A DNA stretch of 64,000 nt from the human T2T-CHM13v2.0 reference genome, Homo sapiens (GCF_009914755.1 NC_060937.1), one strand, 5' to 3'; shown: positions 15,170 through 32,031, counted from the first letter of the stretch. The notes: a model not told the origin generated them from the sequence alone. Made by a program: numbers and translations.

Positions 15170-18100
15170 CCCCAAATATATATTATATACCCTACAGGAA
15201 ATATCAAAGTTCACACACTATATATTATATACTGTACATAAAATATCAAAGTACCCAAGGTATATATTCTATACTGTACAAAAAATATCAAAGTACCCAA
15301 AGCATGTATTATATACTGTATATAAAATATGAAAGTACATCAAATATATATTTTATTCTGTACATAAAATATCAAAGTACACCAGATATATATTCTATAG
15401 TGTACATAAAATAACAAAGTACAAAAACTATAAATTATATACTGTACATAAAATATGAAATTACATCAAATACATATTAGGTACATAAAATATGAAAGTA
15501 CATCAAATATAGATTATATAATGTACATAAAATATCAATGTACCCTAAATATATATTTTATACTCTACATGAAATATCAAAGTTCACAAACCATATCTTA
15601 TATACTGTACATAAAATATCAAAGTACCCAAGGTAAATATTCTATACTGTACAAAAAATACCAAAGTACCCAAAGCATGTATTATATACTGTACATAAAA
15701 TATGAAAGTACATCAAATATAGATATTATTCTGTACATAAAATACCAAAGTACACCAGATATATATTCTATAGTGTACATAAAATATCAAAGTACCCAAA
15801 CTAAACATTATATACTGTACATAAAATATGAAATTACATAAAATATATATTATATTAGGTACATAAAATATGAAAGTACATCAAATATAGATAATATACT
15901 GTACATTAAATACCAAAGTACCCCAAATATATATTTTATACTGTACGTGAAATATCAAAGTTCACAAACTATAAATTATATACTGTACATGTAATATCAA
16001 AGTACCCGAGGTATATATTCTATAATGTACAAAAAATAACAAAGTACCAAAAGCATGTATTATATACTGTACCTAAAATATGAAAGTACATCAAATATAT
16101 ATTTTATTCTGTACATAATATATCAAAGTACACCAGATATATATTCTATAGTGTACATATAATAACAAAGTACACAAACTATAAATTATATACTGTACAT
16201 AAAATATGAAATTACATCAAATATATATTAGGTACATAAAATATGAAAGTACCTCAAATATAGATTATATACTGTACATAAAATATCAAAGTACCCCAAA
16301 TATATATTTTATACTCTACATGAAATATCAAAGTTCACAAACCATATATTATATACTGTACATAAAATATCAAAGTACCCAAGGTATATATTCTATACTG
16401 TACAAAAAATATCAAAGTACCCAAAGCATGTATTATATACTGTACATAAAATATGAAACTACATCAAATATATATTTTATTCTGTACAAAAAATATCAAA
16501 GTACACCAGACATATTTTCTATAGGGTACATAAAATATCAAAGTACCCAAAGCATGTATTATATACTGTACATAAAATATGAAAGTACATCAAATATATA
16601 TTTTATTCTGTACATAAAATATCAAAGTACACCAGATATATATTCTATAGTGTACATAAAATATCAAAAGCACCCAAACTATACATTATATACTGTACAT
16701 AAAATATGAAATTACATCAAATATATATTATATTAGGTACATAAAATATGAAATTACATCAAATATAGATTATATACTGTACATTAAATACCAAAGTACC
16801 CCAAATATATGTTTTATACTGTACATGAAATATCAAAGTTCACACACTATATATTATATACTGTACATAAAATATCAAAGTACCCAAGGTATATATTCTA
16901 TACTGTACAAAAAATATCAAAGTACCCAAAGCATGTATTATAAACTGTACATAAAATATGAAATTACATCAAATATATATTTTATTCTGTACATAAAATA
17001 TCAAAGTACACCAGATATATATTCTATAGTGTACATAAAATATCAAACTACCCAAACTATACATTATATACTGTACATAAAATATGAAATTACATCAAAT
17101 ATATATTAGGTACATAAAATATGAAAGTACATCAAACATAGATTATATACTGTACATAAAATATCAATGTACCCCAAATATATATTTTATACTCTACATG
17201 AAATATCAAAGTTCACAAACCATATATTATATACTGTACATAAAATATCAAAGTACCCAAGGTATGTATTCTATACTGTACAAAAAATATCAAAGTACCC
17301 AAAGCATGTATTATATACTGTACATAAAATATGAAAGTACATCAAAGATATATTTTATTCTGTACATAAAATATCAAGGTACACCAGATATATATTCTAT
17401 AGTGTACATAAAATAGCAAAGTACACAAACTATACATTATATACTGTACATAAAATATGAAATTACATCAAATATATATTAGGTACATAAAATATGAATG
17501 TACATCAAATATAGATTATATACTGTACATATAATATAAATGTACCCCAAATATATATTTTGTACTCTACATGAAATATCAAAGTTCACAAACCATATAT
17601 TATATACTGTACATAAAATATCAAAGTACCCAAGGTATATATTCTATACTGTACAAAAAATATCAAAGTACCCAAAGCATGTATTATATACTGTACATAA
17701 AATATGAAAGTACATCAAATATATATTTCATTCTGTACATAAAATATCAAAGTACACCAGATATATATTCTATAGTGTACATAAAATATCAAAGTACCCA
17801 AACTATACATTATATACTGTACATAAAATATGAAATTCCATCAAATATATATTATATTAGGTACATAAAATATGAAAGTACATCAAATATAGGTTATATA
17901 CTGTATATTAAATACCAAAGTACCCCAAATATATATTTTATACTGTACATAAAATATCAAAGTACCCAAGGTATATATTCTATACTGTACAAAAAATATC
18001 AAAGTACCCAAAGCATGTATTATATACTGTACATAAAATATGAAAGTACATCAAATATATATTTCATTCTGTACATAAAATATCAAAGTACACCAGATAT

Positions 18101-21100
18101 ATATTCTATAGTGTACATAAAATATCAAAGTACCCAAACTATACATTATATACTGTACATAAAATATGAAATTACATCAAATATATATTATATTAGGTAC
18201 ATAAAATATGAAAGTACATCAAATATAGGTTATATACTGTATATTAAATACCAAAGTACCCCAAATATATATTTTATACTGTACATGAAATATGAAAGTT
18301 CACAAACTGTATATTATATAGTGTACATAAAATATCAAAGTACCCAAGGTATATATTCTATACTATACAAAAATATCAAAGTACCCAAAGCATGTATTAT
18401 ATACTGTACATAAAATATGAAAGTACATAAAATATATATTTTATTCCGTACATAAAATATCAAAGTACACCAGATATATATTCTATAGCGTACATAAAAT
18501 ATCAAAGTACCCAAACTATACATTATATACTATACATAAAATATGAGATTACATCAAATATATATTATATTAGGTACATAAAATATGAAAGTTCATCAAA
18601 TATAGATTATATACTGTACATTAAATATCAAAGTACCCCAAATATATACTATATACTCTACATGAAATAGGAAAGTTCACAAACTATATATTATATACTG
18701 TACATAAAATATCAAAGTACCCAAGGTATATATTCTGTACTGTACAAAAAATATCAAAGTACCCAAAGCATGTATTATATACTGTATATAAAATATGAAA
18801 ATACATTAAATATATATTTTATTCTGTACATGAAATATCAAAGTACACCAGATATATATTCTATAGTGTTGATAAAATAACAAAGTACACAAACTATAAA
18901 TTATATACTGTACATAAAATATGAAATTACATCAAATATATATTAGGTACATAAAATATGAAAGTACATCCAATATAGATTATATACTGTACATATAATA
19001 TCAATGTACCCCAAATATATATTTTATACTCTACATGAAATATCAAAGTTCACAAACCATACATTATATACTGTACATAAAATATCAAAGTACCCAAGGT
19101 ATATATTCTATACTGTACAAAAAATATCAAAGTACCCAATGCATGTATTATATACTGTACATAAAATATGAAAGTACATCAAATATATATTTTATTCTGT
19201 ACATAAAATATCAAAGTACACCAGATATATATTATATAGTGTACATAAAATATCAAAGTACCCAAACTATACATTATATACTGTACATAAAATATGAAAT
19301 TACCTCAAATATATATTATGTACATAAAATATGAAAGTACATCAAATATAGATTATATACTGTACATAAAATATCAAAGTACCCCAAATATATATTATAT
19401 ACTGTACATGAAATATCAAAGTTCACAAACTATATATTATATACTGTACATAAAATATCAAAGTACCCAGGTATATATTCTATACTGTACAAAAAATATC
19501 AAAGTACCCAAAGCATGTATTATATACTGTACATAAAATATGAAAGTACATCAAATATATATTTTATTCTGTACATAAAATATCAAAGTACACCAGATAT
19601 ATATTCTATAATGTACAAAAAATAACAAAGTACACAAACTATAAATTATATACTGTACATAAAATATGAAATTACATCAAATATATATTAGGTACATAAA
19701 ATATGAAAGTATATCAAATATAGATTATATACTGTACATATAATATCAATGTACACCAAATATATATTTTATACTCTACATGAAATATCAAAGTTCACAA
19801 ACCATATATTATATACTGTACATAAAATATCAAAGTACCCAAGGTATATATTCTATACTGTACAAAAAATATCAAAGTACCCAAAGCATGTATTATATAC
19901 TGTACATAAAATATGAAAGTACATCAAATATATATTTTATTCTGTACATAAAATATCAAAGTACACCAGTTATATATTCTATTGTGTACATAAAATATCA
20001 AAGTACCCAAACTATACATTATATACTATACATAAAATATGAAATTACATCAAATATATATTATATTAGGTACATAAAATATGAAAGCACATCAAATATA
20101 GATTATATACTGTACATAAAATATCAAAGTACCCCAAATATATATTATATACTCTACATGAAATATCAAAGTTCACAAACTATATATTATATACTGTACA
20201 TAAAATATCAAAGTACCCAAGGTATATATTCTATACTGTACAAAAAATATCAAAGTACCCAAAGCATGTATTATATACTGTATACAAAATATGAAAATAC
20301 ATTAAATATATATTTTATTCTCTACATAAAATATCAAAGTACACCAGATATGTATTCTATAGTGTACATAAAATAACAAAGTACACAAACTATAAATTAT
20401 ATACTGTACATAAAATATCAAAGTACCCCAAATATATATTATATACTCTACATAAAATATCAAAGTTCACAAACTATATATTATATACTGTACATAAAAT
20501 ATCAAAGTACCCAAGGTATATATTCTATACTGTACAAAAAATATCAAAGTACCCAAAGCATGTATTATATACTGTACATAAAATATGAAAGTACATCAAA
20601 TATATATTTTATACTGTACATAAAACATCAAAGTACACCAGATATATACTCTATAGTGTACATAAAATATAAAAGTACCCAAACTATACATTATATACTG
20701 TACATAAAATATGAAATTACATCAAATATATATTATATTAGGTACATAAAATATGAAAGTACATCAAATATAGATTATATACTGTACATAAAATATCAAA
20801 GTACCCCAAATATATATTATATACTCTACATGAAATATCAAAGTTCACAAACTATATATTATATACTGTACATAAAATATCAAAGTACCCAAGGTATATA
20901 TTCTATACTGTACAAAAAATATCAAAGTATCCAAAGCATGTATTATATACTGTATATATAATATGAAATTAAATTAAATATATATTTTATTCTGTACATA
21001 AAATATCAAAGTACACAAGATATATATTCTATAGTGTACATAAAATAACAAAGTACACAAACTATAAATTATATACTGTACATAAAATATGAAATTACAT

Positions 21101-24100
21101 CAAATATATATTAGGTACATAAAATATGAAAGTACATCAAATATAGATTATATACTGTACATAAAATATCAATGTACCCCAAATATATATTTTACACTCT
21201 ACATGAAATATCAAAGTTCACAAACCATATATTATATACTGTACATAAAATATCAAAGTACCCAAGGTATATATTCTATACTATACAAAAAATATCAAAG
21301 TACCCAAAGCATGTATTATATACTGTACATAAAATATGAAAGTACATCAAATATATATTTTATTCTGTACATAATATATCAAAGTACACCAGATATATAT
21401 TCTATAGTGTACATAAAATAACAAAGTACACAAACTATAAATTATATACTGTACATAAAATATGAAATTACATCAAATATATACTAGGTACATAAAATAT
21501 GAAAGTACATCAAATATAGATTATATACTGTACATAAAATATCAATGTACCCCAAATATATATTTTATACTCTACATGAAATATCAAAGTTCACAAACTA
21601 TATATTATATACTCTACATAAAATATCAAAGTACCCAAGGTATATATTCTATACTGTACAAAAAATATCAAAGTACCCAAAGCATGTATTATATACTGTA
21701 CATAAAATATGAAATTACTTCAAATATATATTATATTAGGTACATAAAATATGAAAGTACATCAAATATATATTTTATACTGTGCATAAAATACCAAAGT
21801 AAACCAGATATATATTCTATAGTGTACATAAAATATCAAAGTACCCAAACTATGCATTATATACTGTACATAAAATATGAAATTACATCAAATATATATT
21901 AGGTACATAAAATATGAAAGTACATCAAATATAGATTATATACTGTACATAAAATATCAAAGTACCCCAAATATACATTATATAGTCTACATGAAATATC
22001 AAAATACACAAACTATATATTATATACTGTACATAAAATATCAAAGTACCCAAGGTATGTATTCTATACTGTACAAAAAATATCAAAGTTCCCAAAGTTA
22101 GTATTATATACCGTACATAAAATATGAAAGTACATCAAATATATATTTTATTCTCTACATAAAATATGAATGTACACAAGATATATATTTTATATATAAT
22201 ATAAATACATAAGTACATAAAATATCAAAGTACACAAACTATATATTATGTACTGTACATAAAATATGAAATTTCATCAAATATATATTAGGTACATTAA
22301 ATATGAAAGTACATCAAATATAGATTATATGCTGTACATTAAATACCAAAGTACCCCAAATATACATTTTATACTGTACGTGAAATATCAATGTTCACAA
22401 ACTATATATTATATACTGTACATAAAATATCAAAGTACCCAAGGTATATATTCTATACTGTACAAAAAATATCAAAGTACCCAAAGCATGTATTATATAC
22501 TGTACATAAAATATGAAAGTACATCAAATATATATTTTATTGTGTACATAAAATATCAAAGTACACCAGATATATATTCTAAAGTGTGCATAAAATATCA
22601 AAGTACCCAAACTATACATTATATAGTGTACATAAAAAATGAAATTACATCAAATATGTATTATATTAGGTACATAAAATATGAAAGTACATCAAATATA
22701 GATTACATACTGTACATTAAATACCAAAGTACCCCAAATATATATTTTATACTGTACATGTAATATCAAAGTTCACAAACTATATATTATATACTGTACA
22801 TAAAATATCAAAGTACCCAAGGTATATATTATATACTGTACAAAAAATATCAAAGTCCCAAAAGCATGTATTATATACTGTACATAAAATATGAAAGTAC
22901 ATCAAATATATATTTTATTCTGTACATAAAATATCAAAGAACACCAGATATATATTCTATAGTGTACATAAAATATCAAAGTACACAAACTATACATTAT
23001 ATACTGTACATAAAATATGAAATTACATCAAATATATATTAGGTACATAAAATATGAAAGTACATCAAATATAGATTATATACTGTACATAATATATCAA
23101 AGTACCCCAAATATATATTATATACTCTACATGAAATATCAAAGTTCACAAACTATATATTATATACTGTACATAAAATAAAGTACCCAAGGTATATATT
23201 CTATACTGTACAAAAAATATCAAAGTACCCAAAGCATGTATTATATACTGTACATAAAATATGAAAGTACATCAAATATATATTTTATTCTGTACATAAA
23301 ATATCAAAGTACACCAGATATATATTCTATAGTGTACATAAAATATCAAAGTACCCAAACTATACATTATATACTGTACATAAAATATGAAATTACATCA
23401 AATATATTTTATATTAGGTACATAAAATATGAAAGTACATCAAATATAGATTATATACTGTACATTAAATACCAAAGTATCCCAAATATGTATTTTATAC
23501 TCTACATGAAATATCAAAGTTCACAAACTATATATTCTATACTGTACATATAATATCAAAGTACCCAAGGTATATATTCTATACTGTACAAAAAATAACA
23601 AATTACCAAAAGCATGTATTATATACTGTACCTAAAATATGAAAGTACTTCAAATATATATTTTATTCTGTACATAAAATATCAAAGTACACCAGATATA
23701 TATTCTATAGTGTACCTAAAATATCAAAATACCCAAGCTATACATTATATACTGTACATAAAATATGAAATTACATCAAATATATATTATATTAGTTACA
23801 TAATATATGAAAGTACATCAAATATAGATTATACACTGTACATAAAATATCAAGGTACCCCAAATATATATTATATACTCTACATGAAATATCAAAGTTC
23901 ACAAACTATATATTATATACTGTACATAAAATATCAAAGTACCCAAGGTATATATTCTATACTGTACAAAAAATATCAAAGTACCCAAAGCATGTATAAT
24001 ATACTGTACATAAAATATGAAAGTACATCAAATATATATTTTATTCTGTACATAAAATATCAAAGTACACCAGATATGTATTCTATAGTGTACATAAAAT

Positions 24101-27100
24101 AGCAAAGTACACAAATTATATACTGTACATAAAATATGAAATTACATCAAATATATATTAGGTACATAAAATATGAAAGTACATCAAATATAGATTATAT
24201 ACTGTACATAAAATATCAATGTACCCCAAATATATATTTTATACTCTACATGAAATACCAAAGTTCACAAACCATATATTATATACTGTACATAAAATAT
24301 CAAAGTACCCAAGGTATATATTCTATACTATACAAAAAATATCAAAGTACCCAAAGCATGTATTATATACTGTACATAAAATATGAAAGTACATCAAATA
24401 TATATTTTATTCTGTACATAAAATATCAAAGTACACCAGATATATATTCTATACTGTACATAAAATAACAAAGTACACAAACTATAAATTATATACTGTA
24501 CATAAAATATGAAATTACATCAAATATATATTAGGTACATAAAATATGAAAGTACATCAAATATAGATTATATACTGTACGTAACATATCAATGTACCGC
24601 AAATATATATTTTATACTCTACATGAAATATCAAAGTTCACAAACCATATATTATATACTGTACATAAAATATCAAAGTACCCAAGGTATATATTCTATA
24701 CTATACAAAAAATATCAAAGTACCCAAAGCATGTATTATATACTGTACATAAAATATGAAAGTACATCTAATATATATTTTATTCTGTACATATAATATC
24801 AAAGTACACCAAATATATGTTATATACTGTACATGAAATATCAAAGTTCATAAACCATATATTATATACTGTACATAAAATATGAAATTACATCAAATAT
24901 ATATTATATTAGGTACATAAAATATGAAAGTACATCAAATATAGATTATATACTGTACATAAAATATCAAAGTACCCCAAATATAGATTATATACTCTAC
25001 AGGAAATATCAAAGTTCACAAACCATATATTATATACTGTACATAAAATATCAAAGTACCCAAGGTATATATTCTATACTGTACAAAAAATATCAAAGTA
25101 CGCAAAGCATGTATTATATACTGTACATAAAATATGAAAGTACATCAAATATATATTTTATCCTGTACATAAAATATCAAAGTACACCAGATACATATTC
25201 TATAGTGTACATAAAATATCAAAGTACCCAAACTATACATTATTTACTGTACATAAAATATGAAATTTCATCAAATAGATATTATATTAGGTACATAAAA
25301 TATGAAAGTACATCAAATATAGATTATATACTGTACATTAAATACCAAAGTACCCCAAATATATATTTTATACTGTACATGAAATATCAAAGTTCACACA
25401 CTATATATTATATACTGTACATAAAATATCAAAGTACCCAACGTATATATTCTATACTGTACAAAAAATATCAAAGTACCCAAAGCATGTATTATATACT
25501 GTACATAAAATATGAAAGTAAATCAAATATATATTTTATTCCGTACATAAAATTTCAAAGTACACCAGATATATATTCTATAGCGTACATAAAATATCAA
25601 AGTACACAAACTATACATTATATACTGTACATAAAATATGAAATTACATCAAACATATATTATATTAGGTACATAAAATATGAAAGTACATCAAATATAG
25701 ATTATATACTGTACATTAAATACGAAAGTACCCCAAATATATATTATATACTCTACATGAAATATCAAAGTTCACAAACTATATATTATATACTGTACAT
25801 AAAATATCAAAGTACCCAAGGTATATATTCTATACTGTACAAAAAATATCAAAGTACCCAAAGCATGTATTATATACTGTATATAAAATATGAAAGTACA
25901 TCAAATATATATTTTATTCTGTACATAAAATATCAAAGTACACCAGATATATATTCTATAGTGTACATAAAATAACAAAGTACAAAAACTATAAATTATA
26001 TCCTGTACATAAAATATGAAATTACATCAAATATATATTAGGTACATAAAATATGAAAGTACATCAAATATAGATTATATACTGTACATAAAATATCAAT
26101 GTACCCCAAATATATATTTTATACTCGACATGAAATATCAAAGTTCACAAACCATATATTATATACTGTACTTAAAATATCAAAGTACCCAAGGTATATA
26201 TTCTATACTGTACAAAAAATATAAAAGTACCCAAAGCATGTATTATATACTGTACATAAAATATGAAAGTACATCAAATATATATTTTATTCTGTACATA
26301 AAATATCAAAGTACACCAGATATATATTCTATAGTGTACATAAAATATCAAAGTACCCAAACTATACATTATATACTGTACATAAAATATGAGATTACAT
26401 CAAATATATATTATATTAGGTACATAAAATATGAAAGTACATCAAATATAGATTATATACTGTACATAAAATATCAAAGTACCCCAAATATATATTACAT
26501 ACTCTACATGAAATATCAAAGTTCACACACTATATATTATATACTGTACATAAAATATCAAAGTACCCAAGGTATATATTCTATACTCTACCAAAAATAT
26601 CAAAGTACCCAAAGCATGTATTATATTCTGTATATAAAATATGAAAGTACATCAAATATATATTTTATTCTGTACATAAAATATCAAAGTACACCAGATA
26701 TATATTCTATAGTGTACATAAAATAACAAAGTACACAAACTATAAATTTTATACTGTACATAAAATATGAAAGTACATCAAATATATATTAGGTACATAA
26801 AATATGAAAGTACATCAAATATAGATTATATACTGTACATATAATATCAATGTACCCCAAATATATATTTTATTCTCTACATGAAATATCAAAGTTCACA
26901 AACCATATATTATATACTGTACATAAAATATCAAAGTAACAAAGGTATATATTCTATACTGTACAAAAAATATCAAAGTACCCAAAGCATGTATTATATA
27001 CTGTACATAAAATATGAAACTACATCAAATATATATTTTATTCTGTACATAAAATATCAAAGTACACCAGATATATATTCTATAGTGTACATAAAATAAC

Positions 27101-27350
27101 AAAGTACACAAACTATAAATTATATACTGTATATAAAATATGAAATTACATCAAATATATATTAGGTACATAAAATATGAAAGTACATCAAATATAGATT
27201 ATATACTGTACAAAATGTATCAATGTACCACAAATATATATTTTATACTCTACATGAAATATCAAAGTTCACAAACCATATCTTATATACTGTACATAAA
27301 ATATCAAAGTACCCAAGGTATATATTCTATACTGTACAAAAAATATCAAA
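15170..27350 (+). repeat. Left copy of a large intra-array duplication (collinear with ~40690-57340)
   Basis: Many private variants and indels are shared at stepwise offsets of 25523, 25894, 27401, 31522, 30734, 30364 and 29991. Boundaries are approximate. Confidence 0.88.
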
Positions 27351-28281
27351 GTACCCATAGCATGTATTATATACTGTACATAAAATATGAAATTACATCA
27401 AATATATATTTTATTCTGTACATAAAATATCAAAGTACACCAGATATATATTCTATAGTGTACATAAAATTACAAAGTACACAAACTATACATTATATAC
27501 TGTACATAAAATATGAAATTACATCAAATATATATTAGGTACATAAAATATGAAAGTACATCAAATATAGATTATATACTGTACATAAAATATCAAAGTA
27601 CCCCAAATATATATTTTGTACTCTACATGAAATATCAAAGTTCACAAACCATATATTATATAGTGTACATAAAATGTCAAAGTACCCAAGGTATATATTC
27701 TATACTGTACAAAAAATATCAAAGTACCCAAAGCCTGTATTATATACTGTACATAAAATATGAAAGTACATCAAATATATATTTTATTCTGTACATAAAA
27801 TATCAAAGTACACCAGATATATATTCTATAGTGTACATAAAATATCAAAGTACCCAAACTATACATTATATACTGTACATAAAATATGAAATTACATCAA
27901 ATATATATTATATTAGGTATATAAAATATGAAAGTACATCAAATATAGATTATATACTGTACATAAAATATCAAAGTACCCCAAATATATATTATATAGT
28001 GTACATGAAATATCAAACTTCACAAACTATATATTATATACTGTACATAAAATAGCAAAGTACCCAAGGTATATATTCTATCCTGTACAAAAAATATCAA
28101 AGTACCCAAAGCATGTATTATATACTGTACATAAAATATGAAATTACATCAAATATATATTTTATTCTGTACATAAAATATCAAAGTACACCAGATATAT
28201 ATTCTATAGTGTACATAAAATAACAAAGTACAAAAACTATAAATTATATACTGTACATAAAATATGAAATTACATCAAATA

Positions 28282-31200
28282 TATATTGGTACATAAAATA
28301 TGAAAGTACATCCAATATAGATTATATACTGTACATAAAATATCAATGTACCACAAATATATATTTTATACTCTACATGAAATATCAAAGTTCACAAACC
28401 ATATATTATATACTGTACATAAAATATCAAAGTACCCAAGGTATATATTCTATACTGTACAAAAAATATCAAAGTACCCAAAGCATGTATTATATACTGT
28501 ACATAAAATATGAAAGTACATCAAATATATATTTTATTCTGTACATAAAATATCAAAGTACACCAGATATATATTCTATAGTGTACATAAAATATCAAAG
28601 TACCCAAACTATACATTATATACTGTACATAAAATATGAAATTACATCAAATATATATTATATTAGGTACATAAAATATGAAAGTACATCAAATATAGAT
28701 TATATACTGTACATAAAATATCAAAGTACCCCAAATATATATTATATACTGTATATGAAATATCAAAGTTCACAAACTATATATTATATACTGTACATAA
28801 AATATTAAAGTACCCAAGGTATATATTCTATACTGCACAAAAAAATCAAAGTACCTAAAGCATGTATTATATACTGTATATAAAATATGAAAGTACATCA
28901 AATATATATTTTATTCTGTACAAAAAATATCAAAGTACACCAGATATATATTCTATAGTGTACATAAAATAACAAAGTACAAAAACTATAAAATATATAC
29001 TGTACATAAAATATGAAATTACATCAAATATATATTAAGTACATAAAATATGAAAGTACATCAAATATAGATTATATACTGTACATAAAATATCAATGTA
29101 CCCCAAATATATATGTTATACCGTACATGAAATATCAAAGTTCACCAACCATATATTATATACTGTACATAAAATATCAAAGTACCCAAGTTATAAATTC
29201 TATACTATACAAAAAATATCAAAGTACCCAAAGCATGTATTATATACTGTACATAAAATATGAAAGTACATCTAATATATATTTTATTCTTTACATAAAA
29301 TATCAAAGTACACCAGATATATATTCTATAGTGTACATAAAATATCAAAGTACCCAAACTATACATTATATACTGTACATAAAATATGAGATTACATCAA
29401 ATATATATTATATTAGGTACATAAAATATGAAAGTACATCAAATATAGATTATATACTGTACATAAAATATCAAAGTACCCCAAATATATATTATATACT
29501 CTACATGAAATATCAAAGTTCACAAATTATATATTATATACTGTACATAAAATATCAAAGTACCCAAGGTATATATTCTATACTGTACAAAAAATATCAA
29601 AGTACCCAAAGCATGTATTATATACTGTACATAAAATATGAAATTACGTCAAATATATATTTTATTCTGCACATAAAATATGAAAGTACACCAGATATAT
29701 ATTCTATAGTGTACATAAAATTACAAAGTACACAAACTATACATTATATACTGTACATAAAATATGAAATTACATCAAATATATATTGGTACATAAAATA
29801 TGAAAGTACATCCAATATAGATTATATACTGTACATAAAATATCAATGTACCACAAATATATATTTTATACTCTACATGAAATATCAAAGTTCACAAACC
29901 ATATATTATATACTGTACATAAAATATCAAAGTACCCAAGGTATATATTCTATACTGTACAAAAAATATCAAAGTACCCAAAGCATGTATTATATACTGT
30001 ACATAAAATATGAAAGTACATCAAATATATATTTTATTCTGTACATAAAATATCAAAGTACACCAGATATATATTCTATAGTGTACATAAAATATCAAAG
30101 TACCCAAACTATACATTATATACTGTACATAAAATATGAAATTACATCAAATATATATTATATTAGGTACATAAAATATGAAAGTACATCAAATATAGAT
30201 TATATACTGTACATAAAATATCAAAGTACCCCAAATATATATTATATACTGTATATGAAATATCAAAGTTCACAAACTATATATTATATACTGTACATAA
30301 AATATTAAAGTACCCAAGGTATATATTCTATACTGCACAAAAAAATCAAAGTACCCAAAGCATGTATTATATACTGTATATAAAATATGAAAGTACATCA
30401 AATATATATTTTATTCTGTACAAAAAATATCAAAGTACACCAGATATATATTCTATAGTGTACATAAAATAACAAAGTACAAAAACTATAAATTATATAC
30501 TGTACATAAAATATGAAATTACATCAAATATATATTGGTACATAAAATATGAAAGTACATCCAATATAGATTATATACTGTACATAAAATATCAATGTAC
30601 CACAAATATATATTTTATACTCTACATGAAATATCAAAGTTCACAAACCATATATTATATACTGTACATAAAATATCAAAGTACCCAAGGTATATATTCT
30701 ATACTGTACAAAAAATATCAAAGTACCCAAAGCATGTATTATATACTGTACATAAAATATGAAAGTACATCAAATATATATTTTATTCTGTACATAAAAT
30801 ATCAAAGTACACCAGATATATATTCTATAGTGTACATAAAATATCAAAGTACCCAAACTATACATTATATACTGTACATAAAATATGAAATTACATCAAA
30901 TATATATTATATTAGGTACATAAAATATGAAAGTACATCAAATATAGATTATATACTGTACATAAAATATCAAAGTACCCCAAATATATATTATATACTG
31001 TATATGAAATATCAAAGTTCACAAACTATATATTATATACTGTACATAAAATATTAAAGTACCCAAGGTATATATTCTATACTGCACAAAAAAATCAAAG
31101 TACCCAAAGCATGTATTATATACTGTATATAAAATATGAAAGTACATCAAATATATATTTTATTCTGTACAAAAAATATCAAAGTACACCAGATATATAT

Positions 31201-32031
31201 TCTATAGTGTACATAAAATAACAAAGTACAAAAACTATAAAATATATACTGTACATAAAATATGAAATTACATCAAATATATATTAAGTACATAAAATAT
31301 GAAAGTACATCAAATATAGATTATATACTGTACATAAAATATCAATGTACCCCAAATATATATGTTATACCGTACATGAAATATCAAAGTTCACCAACCA
31401 TATATTATATACTGTACATAAAATATCAAAGTACCCAAGTTATAAATTCTATACTATACAAAAAATATCAAAGTACCCAAAGCATGTATTATATACTGTA
31501 CATAAAATATGAAAGTACATCTAATATATATTTTATTCTTTACATAAAATATCAAAGTACACCAGATATATATTCTATAGTGTACATAAAATATCAAAGT
31601 ACCCAAACTATACATTATATACTGTACATAAAATATGAGATTACATCAAATATATATTATATTAGGTACATAAAATATGAAAGTACATCAAATATAGATT
31701 ATATACTGTACATAAAATATCAAAGTACCCCAAATATATATTATATACTCTACATGAAATATCAAAGTTCACAAATTATATATTATATACTGTACATAAA
31801 ATATCAAAGTACCCAAGGTATATATTCTATACTGTACAAAAAATATCAAAGTACCCAAAGCATGTATTATATACTGTACATAAAATATGAAATTACGTCA
31901 AATATATATTTTATTCTGCACATAAAATATCAAAGTACACCAGATATATATTCTATAGTGTACATAAAATTACAAAGTACACAAACTATACATTATATAC
32001 TGTACATAAAATATGAAATTACATCAAATAT
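28282..32031 (+). repeat. Local array of 749-bp (A) and 751-bp (B) HOR dimers in the order A-B-A-A-B
   Basis: Marker TATATTGGTAC at ~28282, ~29782 and ~30531. Identical or near-identical ORFs 28377/30626 and 29013/31262 at offset 2249. Confidence 0.85.
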
